64,000 nt of DNA from Chiloscyllium plagiosum (lineage: Eukaryota), in assembly GCF_004010195.1 (NCBI RefSeq), contig NC_057718.1, positions 11,311,569 through 11,375,568 of the forward strand. The letters are read 5' to 3'. Made by a program: the position numbers and the translations under genes. The notes beneath the pieces are model-generated. The model saw only the letters and a program-made list of their open reading frames with translations. It ran no database searches and was not told where the DNA came from. Position 1 is the first letter of the stretch; each line of letters opens with the position of its first letter. Shown one piece after another: positions 62,110 to 64,000 of the stretch.

Positions 62110-62635
62110 GACATTGGTGAGGCCTCTTTTGGATTAATGCGTGCAGTTCTGGTTACCCTGAGAGAGGCAGGATATGATTAAATTGGAAAAGGTTCAGAAA
62201 CTGTTGACCGGGATATTGCTAGTAATGGAGAGTTTGAGTTATAAAAAGAGACTGGAAAGGCTGGAAAGGACTTTTTTCCCTGGAGCGTTGCTGTCTGAGG
62301 GCGACCTTATAGAGGTTTATAAAATCGTGAAGGGCAGAGATAAAGTGAATAGCAGAAGTCTTTTCCCTGGGGTGGGGGTGTTGAAAGCTAGGGGGCTTAC
62401 TTTTAAGGTGAGAGGAGTAAGATTTGCAAAGGACATGAGGTGCAACTTTTTTAACACAGGGAATGGTGTGTGTGTGTGTATCGTTACAACATTTAAAAGA
62501 CATTTAGATAAGTATATGGGTTGAAAAGGTTTGGGGGCAAATAGTCCAGGAGCAGGCAGGTGGGACAGCTTTAGTTTGGGAACATGGTTCGACTGAAAGG
62601 TCTGGATCTGTGCTATATGACTCTATGACTCTATA
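62110..62635 (+). mobile_element. CR1 LINE 3' fragment
   Basis: IKLEKVQK...GDLIEVYKI...FKRHLDKYM; tatgactctatgactcta tail. Confidence 0.9.
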
Positions 62636-63524
62636 ACACTACACTTGCTTTTGAATCCATCTTCCTCTTGTCCAGGGAATTCCATTCCTCTGATCAGAGT
62701 CGTGTACATGACTTGTGCTGACACTGTTGCACCATGATGCAGAACACTATCTGATTACCATTAACCCATTACGCTGCACTTTGCACAGAGACAGTTAAAT
62801 TGATGGTGCTGAGCAGGAGCTGGAATCGCAGGATGGTAATCTCTGTTCGAACTGGCCTTGGAATGTGGGTCGATCCCAGCGCTTGTAGCTGAGTCTGTCC
62901 TACTCTTTAGGAAAGGCATTCTTTCCAAACCCTCAGTTTGACTTCACTTTCACGGGATTTGTTGTAGTCTGCACTTTTATTTCTATGGTTCTATGGACAG
63001 CCCTGAAATTTGTTGCTGGTTTCTGGGACTAAGTGGCTTGTTTGGCCATTTCAGGGGGTCATTCAGAGCCAAGCACCTTGTTGCAGAGTCACATGTAGGT
63101 CAGACCTGATCAAAGATGGCAGATTTCCTTCCTCAGAGGGCATTCGGGAATCGGATGAATTTTGGAAATTGAAAATCAATGACAGCCTCACAGTCACCGT
63201 GGTTTAGCACATTCCAATCCCACATCTTTCACTTATTATCTGGAAGGAAAAAAGACACATTTTGTCATGAGCTCTTCAGGACAATTTACAAGAGCACCAA
63301 CTTGAGGGAGGGGGCGGGGGAACAACACTGAATGAGAGGAGATTGCTGATTGGTTAGTAAGTGCACTTTGATTGGTAGAGGCGTTGCCATGCACCAATTT
63401 AAATTCCACCAGCTGCTGGAGAGGGATTTGAACCCCTTTCCTCAGGACACTAACCTGGGTCTCCAGATTATTAGGTTAGTCCGCCATTACTGCTAGATCA
63501 CCAACTGTACTGGGTTTTGTTTCT

Positions 63525-63872
63525 ATTCATTCACAGGATGAGGGCGTCACTGGCTAGGCAGCATTTATTACATCCCTAATTGCCCAGAGGGCAGCTAAGA
63601 GTCAACCCCATCGCTGTGGGTCTGGAGTCACATGTAGGCCACACCAGGCAAGGATGGCAGTTTCCTTCCCTAAAGGACATTATTGAACCAGAAGGGGGTT
63701 TACAACAATCAACAATAGATTCCTGGACATCATGAGGCGCTTAATTCCAGATTTTTATTGAATTCAAATTTTACCATCTGCTGTGGCAGGATTTGAACTC
63801 ATATCCCCAGAGCATTATCTGGGTCTTTGGGTTAACAGGCCAGTGATAATACCACTAGGCTATTGCCTTCCC
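63525..63872 (-). mobile_element. DeuSINE-type (SacSINE1-like) SINE, near full length
   Basis: Minus head gggaaggcaatagcctagtggtattatcactgg; tail gggcaattagggatgtaataaatgctgcc...gaatgaatag. Further fragments at 63030-63500. Confidence 0.8.
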
Positions 63873-64000
63873 TGTACCCAGGGGAGTCTATTTGCCATGT
63901 TCAAGGGCTTCAGCTACACTTCAGTCTCAGTCACTTTGAAGGCCCTGGGTATAGAGACTGGCACGTCATTGGATTATTTAATGACCAACTCTCACAGGAC

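Overview
Repeat-dense, apparently intergenic or intronic vertebrate DNA with five assembly gaps. The repeat complement points to a cartilaginous fish (shark); this is an inference from HE1-type tRNA/V-SINEs and their HER1/CR1 LINE partners. No host protein-coding gene, tRNA, rRNA or CRISPR array can be supported, only a few isolated exon-like segments. The main signal is a Penelope-like retroelement (PLE) system. It comprises a 2.7-kb inverted-arm PLE (RT plus C-terminal GIY-YIG) and roughly 20 short PLE terminal-repeat derivatives in three sequence families. Each family carries its own minimal hammerhead ribozyme (CUGANGA-A-stem II-GAAA-palindromic stem III). Many copies are 100-250-bp fold-back insertions flanked by 12-17-bp target-site duplications (TSDs). 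The window also holds a decayed Ty1/copia element with recognisable gag-PR-IN-RT-RH, a decayed Gypsy element, two solo LTRs of one family, a pogo/Tigger-type MITE, a Rex1/Babar fragment, DeuSINE-type SINEs with their partner LINE, minisatellites and several templated-insertion junctions. Family names come from motif recognition only; no searches were run. Repeat boundaries are approximate unless a TSD is quoted.
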